Positions 21,042 through 30,661 of a stretch of DNA of 64,000 nucleotides are shown in pieces. The stretch is from an uncultured Gemmatimonadales bacterium. Its GTDB lineage: Bacteria > Gemmatimonadota > Gemmatimonadetes > Longimicrobiales > Longimicrobiaceae. The translations under genes were made by a program, and so were the position numbers. The stretch spans positions 256,001 to 320,000 of the forward strand of contig OY970303.1 of the NCBI GenBank assembly GCA_963716255.1, in the 5' to 3' direction. Under the pieces are notes generated by a model, which made no database searches, was not told the DNA's origin, and was given only the letters and a program-made list of their open reading frames with translations. Every line of letters starts with the position of its first letter. Within the stretch, counting starts at the first letter, position 1.

Positions 21042-21262
21042 GAGCCCCGCGTCGGAAGCTCTCGCATGAGGCGAGGCAGAGTGCGCTCCACACAAGCGCG
21101 CGGAGCCCAGACTGCTGGGCGAGGACCGCGCAATGAGCCCTGAAGAATCAGCGCCCTGGTCGTGCCAGGTGCGTTGAGACAACAGCTTACGTCCTCCCAC
21201 CCAATCGGTCGCTCGGCACCGTCCACTCCGGCTACGAACGCTCCGCGGAGCCCACCTGCGCA

Positions 21263-22279
21263 ATGCTCTGGCGCGCCGCGATGTGGGCCGAGGGATGGGG
21301 CGCCTGCATCACAGCGCTGACCTTCGAACAGCTCGCGCAGTCCGCTTTCCCCGCCAACGGATACTTCGCCTACGACGTCGGACGGCTCGCTCGGGTGCTC
21401 GCGGACTTCACGGCTGCCGAGAGCTGGCTCAAGTGGTCCGCGCGGCTTTCAAGACGGCAGAAAGCCTGGAAGGTGTACTTCCTTTCCCTGGCGGGCCTGG
21501 GAAACCTCTGCCGGCGAACCGGCAACTACCCGCTCGCGGTGCGCTTCCATCGCCTCTCGCTGCGGGTGGCGCGCATGCACGGGCTACGCACGCTCGAAGG
21601 TGACGCGCTCTACGACCTTGCGATCATGCACTTTGAGATGGAGCACGCCATTCTCGGAAGCGACTACGCCCGGCAGGCGTTGCAAGCGTACGGCGCAGGT
21701 CACGCACGGGTGATGCGATTAGCCCACGACGTGGCCCTTTTCTGGTTGGAAAGCGTGGGAGACTTCAAGAACGCCAAAGACACGTTTCAGGAACTGCTCC
21801 AGCACGTCTGGGAGCCGGCGGACCGCGTGGTCATCCTGGCGAACCTGGCTCGCGCCGCGGCAGGAATGGGAGACGAGTCGGTGTTCGAGGCCACCTGGAA
21901 CGAGACCTGGGCACTTCTACGGAGGCAGGAAGCGCGAGAAGGGCATGCTGCGGCGCTTATCCAGATTGCGCACGGTGCAGCGAGCTTCGGGTACTGGTCT
22001 CGGGTCGAGATCGCAGCCTTCGAAGCACTTGGAGTTGCTCGCGAACGCAGAGAGAGCATGCACATCATCATGGCCGAACAGATGCTCGATACCGCGCGGG
22101 CTGGAATCATGTCCGACGATGATGTGCAGCGGGTATTCCCCGATTACCGCTGGACTGATAGAGCAGACGTGGACGAGAACGCCGCGGAATTGGTCGCGAG
22201 CTTCGTGAACGCGATGAGGGTGCGCCGCGACGGAGCACCGGAGGGCCCCTCGCGCACCCTCATCACGGGTCGTAGCTAG
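21263..22279 (+). CDS. TPR-repeat protein A (paralog of 31406-32677; N-terminus ~105 aa shorter)
   Basis: Aligns by eye with its paralog: WAEG.G...TAL.F, VGRLAR...AESW, AGLGNL, LARAA, W.E.W.LL; helical repeats, no signal peptide, no obvious HTH. Confidence 0.85.
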   Translation: MLWRAAMWAEGWGACITALTFEQLAQSAFPANGYFAYDVGRLARVLADFTAAESWLKWSARLSRRQKAWKVYFLSLAGLGNLCRRTGNYPLAVRFHRLSLRVARMHGLRTLEGDALYDLAIMHFEMEHAILGSDYARQALQAYGAGHARVMRLAHDVALFWLESVGDFKNAKDTFQELLQHVWEPADRVVILANLARAAAGMGDESVFEATWNETWALLRRQEAREGHAAALIQIAHGAASFGYWSRVEIAAFEALGVARERRESMHIIMAEQMLDTARAGIMSDDDVQRVFPDYRWTDRADVDENAAELVASFVNAMRVRRDGAPEGPSRTLITGRS

Positions 22280-22484
22280 TTGCCCGTACCGAGGTAACCG
22301 GTTCCGCGCTGGGTAACCGTCAGGGTGTCACCTCCCGTGCTGCCGTCCTTGTTGCCGGTCCCGAAGTAGCCGGTCCCGTCCCGCAGGACGGTGGCGCTGC
22401 CCGGATCTACCGGGGAGCTGCGTTGTCCGAGCAGGCGGCGAGGGTCGCGGCGGCGAGGGTGAGGAGGATACGGGTCGTACGCAT
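22276..22484 (-). CDS. Small lipoprotein-signal peptide precursor A, split by a 1-nt frameshift at ~22412-22415
   Basis: MRTTRILLTLAAATLAACSDNAAP / VDPGSATVLRDGTGYFGTGNKDGSTGGDTLTVTQRGTGYLGTGN*; GGAGA RBS; stop overlaps the TPR-A stop. Confidence 0.75.
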
Positions 22485-22747
22485 GGCATGCTCTCCATCG
22501 TGGAGTGAGACGAGCGAGCCGGAGACCACCTCCGGCCCGGGCTCAAACCTAGCGCGCCCACGGCCCCGCTCCCATGTCCACGTGGATCGTTCGTATACCG
22601 GCCATCGAACATCGCTCGACGGGTGCACGCCGCCCCGATCCTCCAGATTGCTTGTACATCCCCCGCGTCCCGGATAGCTTGCGAGTGAGCCAGATGTGTC
22701 CGCGGCACGACTCCCGGAGACCGCGGCCCACCCGCACCCCACCGCCC

Positions 22748-23167
22748 ATGCGCCCGCTCTCCCTCGTGCTCGTCCCCGCCCTGGCGCTCGCCGCCGCCTG
22801 CGCCCCGGCCACCAGCGCCGACCCGTCCGCCGGCGCCGGGACCGAGAACCGCAGGTCGGACTTCAACGCCCTGTCCCGGCAGGAGATCGCGGAGTCGGAC
22901 GCCGGCACCGCGTACGACCTGGTCCGTGCCCGCCGCCCCCGCTGGCTGAGCTCGGGCCTCGCCACCGCGTCCCGGAATTCCAGCCGGGACCCCGTGGTCG
23001 TGTACGTGAACCGGACACGGATGGGCGGCCCCGACGCGCTCCGCACCATCTCGGCGTCGGGCGTGGGCTCCATGCGCTTCTATGAGCCCACCTCCGCCAA
23101 CCTGGAGTTCGGGAACGGCCACCTCGGCGGCGTCATCCAGGTGACCCCCATCAGCAGCGGGCAGTAG
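22748..23167 (+). CDS. Small lipoprotein resembling a TonB-dependent receptor plug fragment
   Basis: LAAAC lipobox; TAYDLVRARRPRWL, PVVVYVN, FGNGHLGGVIQV. Confidence 0.75.
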   Translation: MRPLSLVLVPALALAAACAPATSADPSAGAGTENRRSDFNALSRQEIAESDAGTAYDLVRARRPRWLSSGLATASRNSSRDPVVVYVNRTRMGGPDALRTISASGVGSMRFYEPTSANLEFGNGHLGGVIQVTPISSGQ

Positions 23168-23210
23168 AATCCTCGCCCGCAGCCCGTCCGGGAAGGCAGG
23201 CGCACGCGCA

Positions 23211-23240
23211 CGAGGGGGAGGCCACGCGGCCTCCCCCTCG
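23211..23240 (+). terminator. GC-rich hairpin (possible terminator)
   Basis: 13-bp stem CGAGGGGGAGGCC/GGCCTCCCCCTCG after the lipoprotein stop; no U-tract. Confidence 0.5.
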
Positions 23241-23338
23241 CTGCGTCGCCTCCCCGCCCGCCGGAAATCTGGCGCGGGACGCCGCCCGCCCGCATGTTTG
23301 TGGCCCATCCTCTGCCATCCGCCCCCGGAAACCATCCC

Positions 23339-24997
23339 ATGAGCGACCAATCCCTCGTCGCGGCCGCCGGGCCGCCGCTCCCCGACGCGACCCCGCCCGC
23401 CGGCCTCCCCGAGCCCGCCGCGCGGTCCCGCGCCTCCCACGGCCCGCTCGGCGGCATCGGCCTGGCGCTCTCGGGCGGCGGCTACCGCGCCGCAGGCTTC
23501 CACCTGGGCGTGCTGCGGCTGCTGGACGGCGTGGGGCTGCTGGGCGACGTGGTGGCGCTCTCCACCGTTTCCGGCGGCACCCTGTTCGGCGCCGCGTGGG
23601 TGCGGAGCCTGCTGGACGGGCGGAGCTTCGCCGAGTTCGACGCCGGCTTCTCCGCCTTCCTGAAGCGCACGAACGTCGTCCGGCTGGCGCTCGACGGCCT
23701 GGAGTCCCACCGCCCGCACGGTCGGCCCTCCTCCCCCAGCCTGATCCGCTCCGCCGCCGCCGTGTACGCCGCGCCGGAGTTCCTGGGCGACCGCCTCCTG
23801 GGCGAGGTGCTGGACAGCCCCACCCTTCCGCTGGAAGAGGTGATCTTCAACAGCACCGAGTTCCACACCGGCGTGGACTTCCGCTTCCGCCGCAGCGCCA
23901 ACCCCGCGGCGCTGATCGGCAACGGCAACTTCCCCCTCCCGCGCGAGGTCGCCGCCCGCGTCCGCCTGGCCGACGTGGCCGCCGCGTCGTCGTGCTTCCC
24001 CAGCGCCTTCGAGCCGTTCGTCTTCCCGCAGCAGTTCCGCTGGCCGGACGACTTCCCCCTGCCGCGGGTGGAGGCCGCGCTCGCGCAGTCGGCCACCCGG
24101 CCCGGGATGTGGGACGGCGGGCTGCCGCTGATGGACGGCGGCATCTACGACAACCAGGGGATCGGCAGCCTGCTCCTCTCGTACCGCGAGGCGGCGGCCC
24201 CGCCCCTGCTCCTGGTGTGCGACACCAGCCCGCCCGAGCCCGACCTGTACACCGAGCCCGCCGCCGGCCACCGCGGGCGGCTCACGCTGCGCGGCGCCCG
24301 CCTGCTGGCGTGGCTGGTGTTCGCGGCGGCGGTGGCGTCGCTGGTGGCCGTGGGCACGTCCGCGGCGCGCGACCCGGACCGCCTGAGCCTGCGCGGGGCG
24401 CTGGTGTACGGCATTCCCATGCTGTTCGCGGGGGTCGTCGCCGGGGGGATGGTCTGGATGCGCGGGCTGGTGCTCCAGGTGGGGCACCTCCTCAAGACCA
24501 AGGTGCAGGTGCGGGACGCGTGGAAGGACCTCCAGCGGCTCACCGTGCGGGAGGCGGTGCGGATGCTGGAGCTGCGCGTGACCTCGCTGGTGGCGCTGAC
24601 CTCCAGCATCTTCATGAAGCGCGTCCGCGGCCTGGTGTACGGCGCCGCCTACGCCGACGAGACCTTCAAGGACCGCCTGGCGCCCGCGCTCGTGTATTCG
24701 CTGGAGCGCGAGTCGAGCCTCTTCGCCACCCACCCGTGGCTGCGGCCGGGGCCGGCGCTGCGCACGCTGGCCGGGCGGGCGTGCCAGGTCCCCACCGCGC
24801 TCTGGCTCACCGACGACCACGGCGACTCCGGCGAGGCCGAGCTGAAGACGCTGGCCGACACCGGCCACGCCACCGCCTGCTTCGCGCTGCTCAAGTACGT
24901 GCTGCGCGACGCCGACGGGCGGTTGGCGGCCGGAGATCCCGGGCGGACCGAGCTGCTGGAGCGCCTGCGTCGCGTGTGGGACGGAATCAACCGCTGA
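23339..24997 (+). CDS. Patatin-like phospholipase with two TM helices
   Basis: ALSGGGYRA, STVSGG nucleophile, ASSCFP, DGGIYDN. Confidence 0.92.
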   Translation: MSDQSLVAAAGPPLPDATPPAGLPEPAARSRASHGPLGGIGLALSGGGYRAAGFHLGVLRLLDGVGLLGDVVALSTVSGGTLFGAAWVRSLLDGRSFAEFDAGFSAFLKRTNVVRLALDGLESHRPHGRPSSPSLIRSAAAVYAAPEFLGDRLLGEVLDSPTLPLEEVIFNSTEFHTGVDFRFRRSANPAALIGNGNFPLPREVAARVRLADVAAASSCFPSAFEPFVFPQQFRWPDDFPLPRVEAALAQSATRPGMWDGGLPLMDGGIYDNQGIGSLLLSYREAAAPPLLLVCDTSPPEPDLYTEPAAGHRGRLTLRGARLLAWLVFAAAVASLVAVGTSAARDPDRLSLRGALVYGIPMLFAGVVAGGMVWMRGLVLQVGHLLKTKVQVRDAWKDLQRLTVREAVRMLELRVTSLVALTSSIFMKRVRGLVYGAAYADETFKDRLAPALVYSLERESSLFATHPWLRPGPALRTLAGRACQVPTALWLTDDHGDSGEAELKTLADTGHATACFALLKYVLRDADGRLAAGDPGRTELLERLRRVWDGINR

Positions 24998-25020
24998 TTC
25001 TGGATGGAACAGAACGCTTC

Positions 25021-25150
25021 GGGCGTGCCCCCGGCTGGCGCCGGGGTCGGGCTTCGGCTCCGTAGGGCTGCAAACAACGCAGCCCAACGGAGTCGAGCCC
25101 CGCGAAACTGCCCGCGGGTCTCGCCCCTTCGGGCCGGAATCCCTCACGCG
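25021..25150 (+). repeat. ~130-bp structured repeat, copy 4 (GGGCTGC)
   Basis: Match to family; 23 nt after the patatin stop. Confidence 0.95.
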
Positions 25151-25227
25151 AGAGGCCCCCTCCCCCCGGCCCCCTCCCCCGCAAGCGGGAGAGGGGGAGG
25201 ACGGCAGGAGGGCCGCAGCGAGGGGGT

Positions 25228-25316
25228 GGGGGTGGTCGGAGGAAAGAGTTGGGGGGGTGGCCGGGTGGGGTGGCATTAACTCTTTCCGGAGAGCGCCCCC
25301 GCGCCCGACCACTCGC
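25228..25316 (+). repeat. Third repeat type (GGAAAGAGTT...AACTCTTTCC hairpin)
   Basis: Inverted homolog at 53075-53163. Confidence 0.85.
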
Positions 25317-25417
25317 TGGGAACTCCAGCATTTCATCCCCTCTGGGTGGGGCCCGTACAACGGCAGACGAAGGGGGAGGCCCGGTCGGCCTCCCCCTTCG
25401 CCGCAGTCAGCCGCCCG

Positions 25418-27502
25418 TCACATCCGCACCACCCCCACCCGCTGCGCGCCCTCCAGGTACTGCATCACCGCCTCCGGCGTCACGGTCCCGTAGTAGTGGC
25501 TCCCGGCCTCGCGGGCCTCGGCGGCGACCTCGCGGTACACCTCCAGCCCGGTGCGCCGGCCGTCCACGAAGCTCAGCACCTCGTGCGACATCAGGCCGTG
25601 CAGGGCGGGGACGCTGGGGATCTGGCCCCGCTTCTCCAGGAACTCCCTGGGGCCGGCGGCGAGCGCGGGACGCACCGCAGCGAGGCGGCGCTCCACGTCG
25701 GAGAGCGGCGCGGCGGAGGGGGCGCCGCGCCCGGCCACCAGGCGGTACCTGAGGGCGAGCTCGCGCAGCGCCTGCGCCTCCTGCCGGTCCAGCTCCGCCA
25801 GCAGCGGGCCCGACATGCGGCGCCCCTCCGGGGAGATCCCCGCCAGCGAGCCCAGCGCCCGCCGCTCGCGCCGCGCCGCGTAGCGCACCTGCTCGACCGC
25901 GCGGCCGTACGCCGCGGCGCGGTCCTCCGTCCCGGCCACGGCGATCCACGACATTCCCAGCCCCAGGTTGCGCGCCAGCCGCTGGGCGCCCCGCCCCGCC
26001 GTTTCGGCGGCGAGCACCGGCGCCGAACGGTCGTCCGCCGAGGCCATGGCGTAGGCGATCATCGCCACGGCGGCGGCGTTCCGGCCCAGCTGGGTGCGGT
26101 CGATGTTCCACAGGTCGTCGTCCGACGTGTGGATGAAGTGGTCCGGCATGTTGGTGAAGGTGACCGCCGGGACGCCGATGGGCGCCTCGTTGAACGGCAT
26201 GTGGTCGGTGTTGTTGTGGAACCAGATGGAGCGGGCGTTGTAGCGGTGGCGCGTTCCCAGCCGGGCGAAGTGCGGGTTGGGGTAGAGCGGGATCCCGTTC
26301 TGCTGCTGGGCCAGGTCGAAGTTGTTGGCCGCTACCATGTAGTCCACCACCGCCTCGGTGACGTCGTTGAGGAAGTGGAAGCGCGCCGCGGGAACGCGCG
26401 TCACGTTCTGCGTCCGCATCACGTCCTGCGCCTGGTTCGCCCCCACCATGTCCTGGTTGACGTTCACCCACATGCGCCGGTGGGCCTCCGGGTCGTCGGC
26501 GAAGAACTGGCGCTGGCTGCTGATCTCCGTCAGCCACCAGAAGCGGATGTCGCGGCGAGGCCGGGGGAGCGTGCCGTCCGCGATCAGCTTGTTCAGCGCC
26601 CGCGCGATCTCGGTGATGCTGGCGATGCCGCTCCCGTCGTCGTTCGCCGAGGGCTTGCTCTCCTGCAGGTGCGCGGTGAGCATCACGTCCTGCGCGATTC
26701 CCGGCTCGCTCCCGCGGATGAAGCCCTCCACCATCACCTGCCAGGGCTCCTCGCCCTCGCGCGAGGTGAACTCGGCGTCCACCTGCGCGCGCACCCGCAC
26801 GGGCTCCCGCGCCGCCGCGAGGCGCTGCCGCAGCGCCTGTCCCTGCCGCAGCGTGAGGATGAACGCGAACGTCGACGGCGTTCCGCTCGCCGTCTGCAGC
26901 GGGAGCGTGGACCAGTTCACCTGGTCCGGGTACGACAGGTTGCGGTCCACGGCCGGGTTGGGCGACCACACCACGCCCGCGGCGCCGCGCTTGGCCACCG
27001 CTTCGTTCATCACCGCCCCCAGCCCCCCGTGCGCCAGAACCACCTTGCCGGCCACGTCGCGCCCGGCGTAGTCGGCTTCGCGCGTGCCGTCGCCCACGTC
27101 CACCAGCTCGGCCGTGACGTCGGCGCGGCGCGAGTTGTCCGCCAGGTGCAGCGGGGTCTGGAGGATGCTGGCCAGCCGCTCCGGCGCGCTCCCGGCGATC
27201 CACAGCTCCGCCGACTTCGCGTTCCACGGCACCGTCGTGGACGGCTGCTTGATGATCCGCACGTCGGCCAGTCCGGCGGCGCGCGCCTGCTGCTCGAAGT
27301 AGCGCGCCACCTCCCACAGCCCGTCGGAGCCGCCGCGCGGCTTGTGGTACGCGGTGTGGAAGCGGATGTGCTCGTAGGCGGCGTCGCCGGACACCTCCTG
27401 CGAGATGGCCCGCACGTGCTCGGGGCGGAGGACGGGGAGGTCCTGGGCGGCGAGCCCCTGCGCGCCGAGGACGAGGAAGAGCGCGGCGAGTCTCCGTTTC
27501 AT
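25418..27502 (-). CDS. Secreted M28 family metallopeptidase with PA domain
   Basis: Signal peptide; DYAGRDVAGKVVL (PA); TAHL, SANDDGSG, WLTEI, NQDMVG, TDH, IHTSDD. Confidence 0.9.
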   Translation of the reverse strand: MKRRLAALFLVLGAQGLAAQDLPVLRPEHVRAISQEVSGDAAYEHIRFHTAYHKPRGGSDGLWEVARYFEQQARAAGLADVRIIKQPSTTVPWNAKSAELWIAGSAPERLASILQTPLHLADNSRRADVTAELVDVGDGTREADYAGRDVAGKVVLAHGGLGAVMNEAVAKRGAAGVVWSPNPAVDRNLSYPDQVNWSTLPLQTASGTPSTFAFILTLRQGQALRQRLAAAREPVRVRAQVDAEFTSREGEEPWQVMVEGFIRGSEPGIAQDVMLTAHLQESKPSANDDGSGIASITEIARALNKLIADGTLPRPRRDIRFWWLTEISSQRQFFADDPEAHRRMWVNVNQDMVGANQAQDVMRTQNVTRVPAARFHFLNDVTEAVVDYMVAANNFDLAQQQNGIPLYPNPHFARLGTRHRYNARSIWFHNNTDHMPFNEAPIGVPAVTFTNMPDHFIHTSDDDLWNIDRTQLGRNAAAVAMIAYAMASADDRSAPVLAAETAGRGAQRLARNLGLGMSWIAVAGTEDRAAAYGRAVEQVRYAARRERRALGSLAGISPEGRRMSGPLLAELDRQEAQALRELALRYRLVAGRGAPSAAPLSDVERRLAAVRPALAAGPREFLEKRGQIPSVPALHGLMSHEVLSFVDGRRTGLEVYREVAAEAREAGSHYYGTVTPEAVMQYLEGAQRVGVVRM

Positions 27503-27605
27503 CTGGGGATTTCCGTGGGTGGGGGTGCCAGGGATGGGCCGGCCTGCGGACGTCAATATACCGCGGGGCCGCGGTGCGGACAGGAGCGGCGGCGGGCGGC
27601 GCGGA

Positions 27606-30005
27606 TCAGCGCGCGGGGGCGAGCCCCACGCGCCGGACCAGGTCCTGGAAGAGGGGATCGGCGCGGAGCGGGTCGAGCATGGGCTCCACGTTGAGGTAGA
27701 CCATTGCGCCGGAGCGGTTGCGGTACGCCTCCTCCAGCGCGCGCAGCGCCGCCTCGTTCTCGCCCAGCCCCAGGTGCACCAGCGCCCGGTACTCGGCGGG
27801 GACGTAGCGCGTGCGGGCCGCCTCGTCGAGCGCGTGGAGAGCCTGCCGCGCCCCTTCGCGGTCGCCCGCGGCGCCCCGGGCGTGCCCCAGCAGGGCCACC
27901 ACCACGGGCTGCGGGCCGCCCAGCACGAGGAGGGCGCGCCGATACTCCGCGGCGGCGGCCGCGTGCTCGCCGGTCTGCTCCAGGGCGGCACCCAGGCCGA
28001 GGAGCGCCGTGACGAAGCCGGAGTCGGTGGCGAGGACGCGGCGGTACTCGGCGATCGAGCGCGCGTAGTGGCGGGTGTAGTAGAGGTGGCGAGCCATGGC
28101 GGTGCCCATCACCGTGGAGAGCGGGTCCAGCTCCCGGGCCCGGCTGATGGCGGCCAGCGACTCCCCGGGCCGCCCCGTCGCCACCAGGAACAGCGAGTAC
28201 CAGTGGTGCGCGGTCGCGTAGCCGGGGCTCAGCTCCAGCGCGCGCCGGAACTCCCGCTCCGCGGCATCCCAGCTCCACTCGTAGTTGAGGAGGACGTTGG
28301 CGAGCGCGGTGTGGGCCTCGCCGAGGGTGGGGTCCAGCTCCAGCGCGCGTCCGGCCGCGGCGCGGGCGCGCGGGTAGGCGCTGTCCGGGGGGAGGAGTCC
28401 GTAGTCGAAGGCGCCCAGCACGTTGTACACGTCGGCGATCCCCACGTGCACCAGCGGGTAGCGGGGGTCGCGCTCCGCCGCCGCGGTGAAGCTGGCGAGC
28501 GCCCGCCCCAGTCCCTGGGGCGAGCGCTGGAACCAGGCGAAGCGCCCCTGCAGGTACAGGTCGTACGCCACCGGGTCCACCGCCGGGCGGGCGCCCCGCG
28601 GCGCCCGCCCGCCGTGGACCAGCTCGTCGCGGAGCTCGCGGGCCACGGCGCGCGAGATCTCGTCCTGCACCGCCAGCACGTCGCCCATCCGCCGGTCGAA
28701 GCGCTCGGACCAGACCGGGGTGCCGTCGCGCGCGCGGACCAGCCGCACGCTCACCCGCAGCCGGTCCCCGGCCTCGCGAACGCTCCCCTCCAGCACGTAG
28801 GCCACGCCCAGCTGCTCCCCCACCTCGCGGGTCCCCACCGCCCGCCCCTTGAAGGCGAACGCCGAGGTGCGCGCCACCACACTCAGCCCGTCCACGCGGG
28901 TCAGCGCGCCGATGATCTCGTCGGCGAGCCCGTCCGTGAAGTACTCGTTGACCCGCCCCCGGCTGTCGTCGGCGAAGGGGAGGACCGCGACGCTCGCCGC
29001 GGCCGGGGCCGTGGGCGGCGGCGCGGCGGGGCCCCGCACCGACCACCAGGCGCCGAGCGCGAGCGCCGCGGCGGCCGCCGCGGCGAGCGCCGGGAACGTG
29101 GCGAGGGCCAGCCTGCGGTGCCGCAGCAGGCGCCGGGGCGCGCGCTGCGCGGCGGGCGGGAGCGGGGGCGCCGGCACCGGCACCGGGCCGGGGGGAGCGG
29201 CCTCCGCGTCCGCACGAACCACGGGGCGCGGGGGCGCGGCGGCCGCTTGGTCGGGAGGGCCGGCCGGGCCGGGGACCGCGGCAGCTGCCGAAGGGGGCTC
29301 GCGCAGCTCCCGCTCCAGGGCCGCCACCCCGGCGTCGGGCTCCACCCCCAGCTCCTCGCGCAGGAGCGCGGCGTACGTCCGGGCGTGCTGGAGGGCGCCC
29401 GCGCGGTCACCGGCCGCGGCCAGCACACGCATCAGGCGCGCAGTCACCCGCGAGGAGTACGGGTCGTGCGCCGCCAGCCGCTTCCACCACCCCGCAGCCT
29501 CCCGCCCATCCCCCCGCTCCTCCGCCTCCCCCGCCAGCGCCTCCAGCGCGCCCGCATACGCCGTCGCGAGCCGCTCCCTCTCCGCCTCGGACCAGCGCTC
29601 GAACTCCGCCGCGCCGGGCAGCGAGAAGCCGTCCAGGAACGGCCCGGCGTACAGCTCGGCCGCCCGGGCCGGGTCTCCCCGCGCCAGCGCGTCCTCGAAC
29701 TCGCCCACGTCCGAGCCGACGAGGGACGCGGTCAGCCGCAGCTCGTCGCCGGAGGTGACCAGCGCCTCGCTGCCCAGCACCTGGCGCAGGGAGTGGACGG
29801 CCACGTTCAGGGTGTGGCGGCCGCGGTCCGCCCCGCTCTCCGGCCACAGCAGCGCGAGCAGCCTTTCGCGGGGGACGGAGCCGGTGCGGGAGGCGGCGAG
29901 CAGGGCGAGAAGGGCGAGGCGGTGGCGCTGCGAGGCCGGCCCCGCGAGCGGGAGGTCGCCGCGAAGGAGGGACGCGCCGCCGAAGAGCCTCACGTGGAAT
30001 GACAT
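27606..30005 (-). CDS. SARP/BTAD-domain transcriptional regulator with TM, TolB-like and TPR domains
   Basis: VRLFGG..RLALLALL..RERLLALLWPE, LYAGPFLDGF, DPYS (wHTH-BTAD); SVAVLPF..EYFTDGLADEII; TPR tail. Confidence 0.9.
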   Translation of the reverse strand: MSFHVRLFGGASLLRGDLPLAGPASQRHRLALLALLAASRTGSVPRERLLALLWPESGADRGRHTLNVAVHSLRQVLGSEALVTSGDELRLTASLVGSDVGEFEDALARGDPARAAELYAGPFLDGFSLPGAAEFERWSEAERERLATAYAGALEALAGEAEERGDGREAAGWWKRLAAHDPYSSRVTARLMRVLAAAGDRAGALQHARTYAALLREELGVEPDAGVAALERELREPPSAAAAVPGPAGPPDQAAAAPPRPVVRADAEAAPPGPVPVPAPPLPPAAQRAPRRLLRHRRLALATFPALAAAAAAALALGAWWSVRGPAAPPPTAPAAASVAVLPFADDSRGRVNEYFTDGLADEIIGALTRVDGLSVVARTSAFAFKGRAVGTREVGEQLGVAYVLEGSVREAGDRLRVSVRLVRARDGTPVWSERFDRRMGDVLAVQDEISRAVARELRDELVHGGRAPRGARPAVDPVAYDLYLQGRFAWFQRSPQGLGRALASFTAAAERDPRYPLVHVGIADVYNVLGAFDYGLLPPDSAYPRARAAAGRALELDPTLGEAHTALANVLLNYEWSWDAAEREFRRALELSPGYATAHHWYSLFLVATGRPGESLAAISRARELDPLSTVMGTAMARHLYYTRHYARSIAEYRRVLATDSGFVTALLGLGAALEQTGEHAAAAAEYRRALLVLGGPQPVVVALLGHARGAAGDREGARQALHALDEAARTRYVPAEYRALVHLGLGENEAALRALEEAYRNRSGAMVYLNVEPMLDPLRADPLFQDLVRRVGLAPAR

Positions 30006-30011
30006 ACCGCC

Positions 30012-30053
30012 ATTGACCGAAAATTGACCCGGGCGGAACCGAAAATTGACCCG
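30012..30053. promoter_or_regulatory. 11/22-bp phased direct repeats (SARP-like operator)
   Basis: ATTGACC at 30012, 30023 and 30045; ACCGAAAATTGACCCG exact at 30016 and 30038. Confidence 0.7.
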
Positions 30054-30162
30054 TCGGGCGCAAGTTACCCGCACGTCCGGGCAGGAACAAGGCGAATGCT
30101 CACGCCCGGAACGGCGCCCGTATTCCGCGGGTGCGGCTCACCGGAGACAGGAGGGTAGCGAG

Positions 30163-30591
30163 ATGATCAACCTGCACGAAGGGTCGGAGCCGTGGCGCTT
30201 CGGGTCCAAGCACGTCGTACAGTCCCGCACGGCGGACAACGAATACCTCTACACCATCACGGGCGTCGTCATCATGGACATGAAGGGGATGGGGCCGGCA
30301 TGGCGGAGGGACCGCGTCCATCTCTCGATCCTGTTCCCCGGCGCCATCCCGGCCGGGCGGAGGCTGCGTCTCGTGCAGTGGGCGACCCTGATCACGCCCA
30401 GCGCGATCGCGAACGACCACGCGGCCGAGAACGCCGGCTGGGCGGTCGACAGCTTCGGGGGGCCCGACGGTTCGCTCTACATCTCCCCGGGCGGGTACTT
30501 CACCCTGTGGGCCGACGTCGCCGTCCGCGACATCGACGGCTGGCTCTACAGGCTCGCCTACAGCGTGACGCTGAAGTTCGTGCTGGGTTAG
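30163..30591 (+). CDS. Hypothetical protein (142 aa)
   Basis: AGGAGG RBS; coding-like codon use; divergent from the BTAD regulator. Confidence 0.85.
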   Translation: MINLHEGSEPWRFGSKHVVQSRTADNEYLYTITGVVIMDMKGMGPAWRRDRVHLSILFPGAIPAGRRLRLVQWATLITPSAIANDHAAENAGWAVDSFGGPDGSLYISPGGYFTLWADVAVRDIDGWLYRLAYSVTLKFVLG

Positions 30592-30661
30592 CCTCCTCGT
30601 CCGCGGGCGAGCCCGGCAAAGGCCGGCCACCCGCTCCACACCTCTCCTGAAGGAGACAGCC

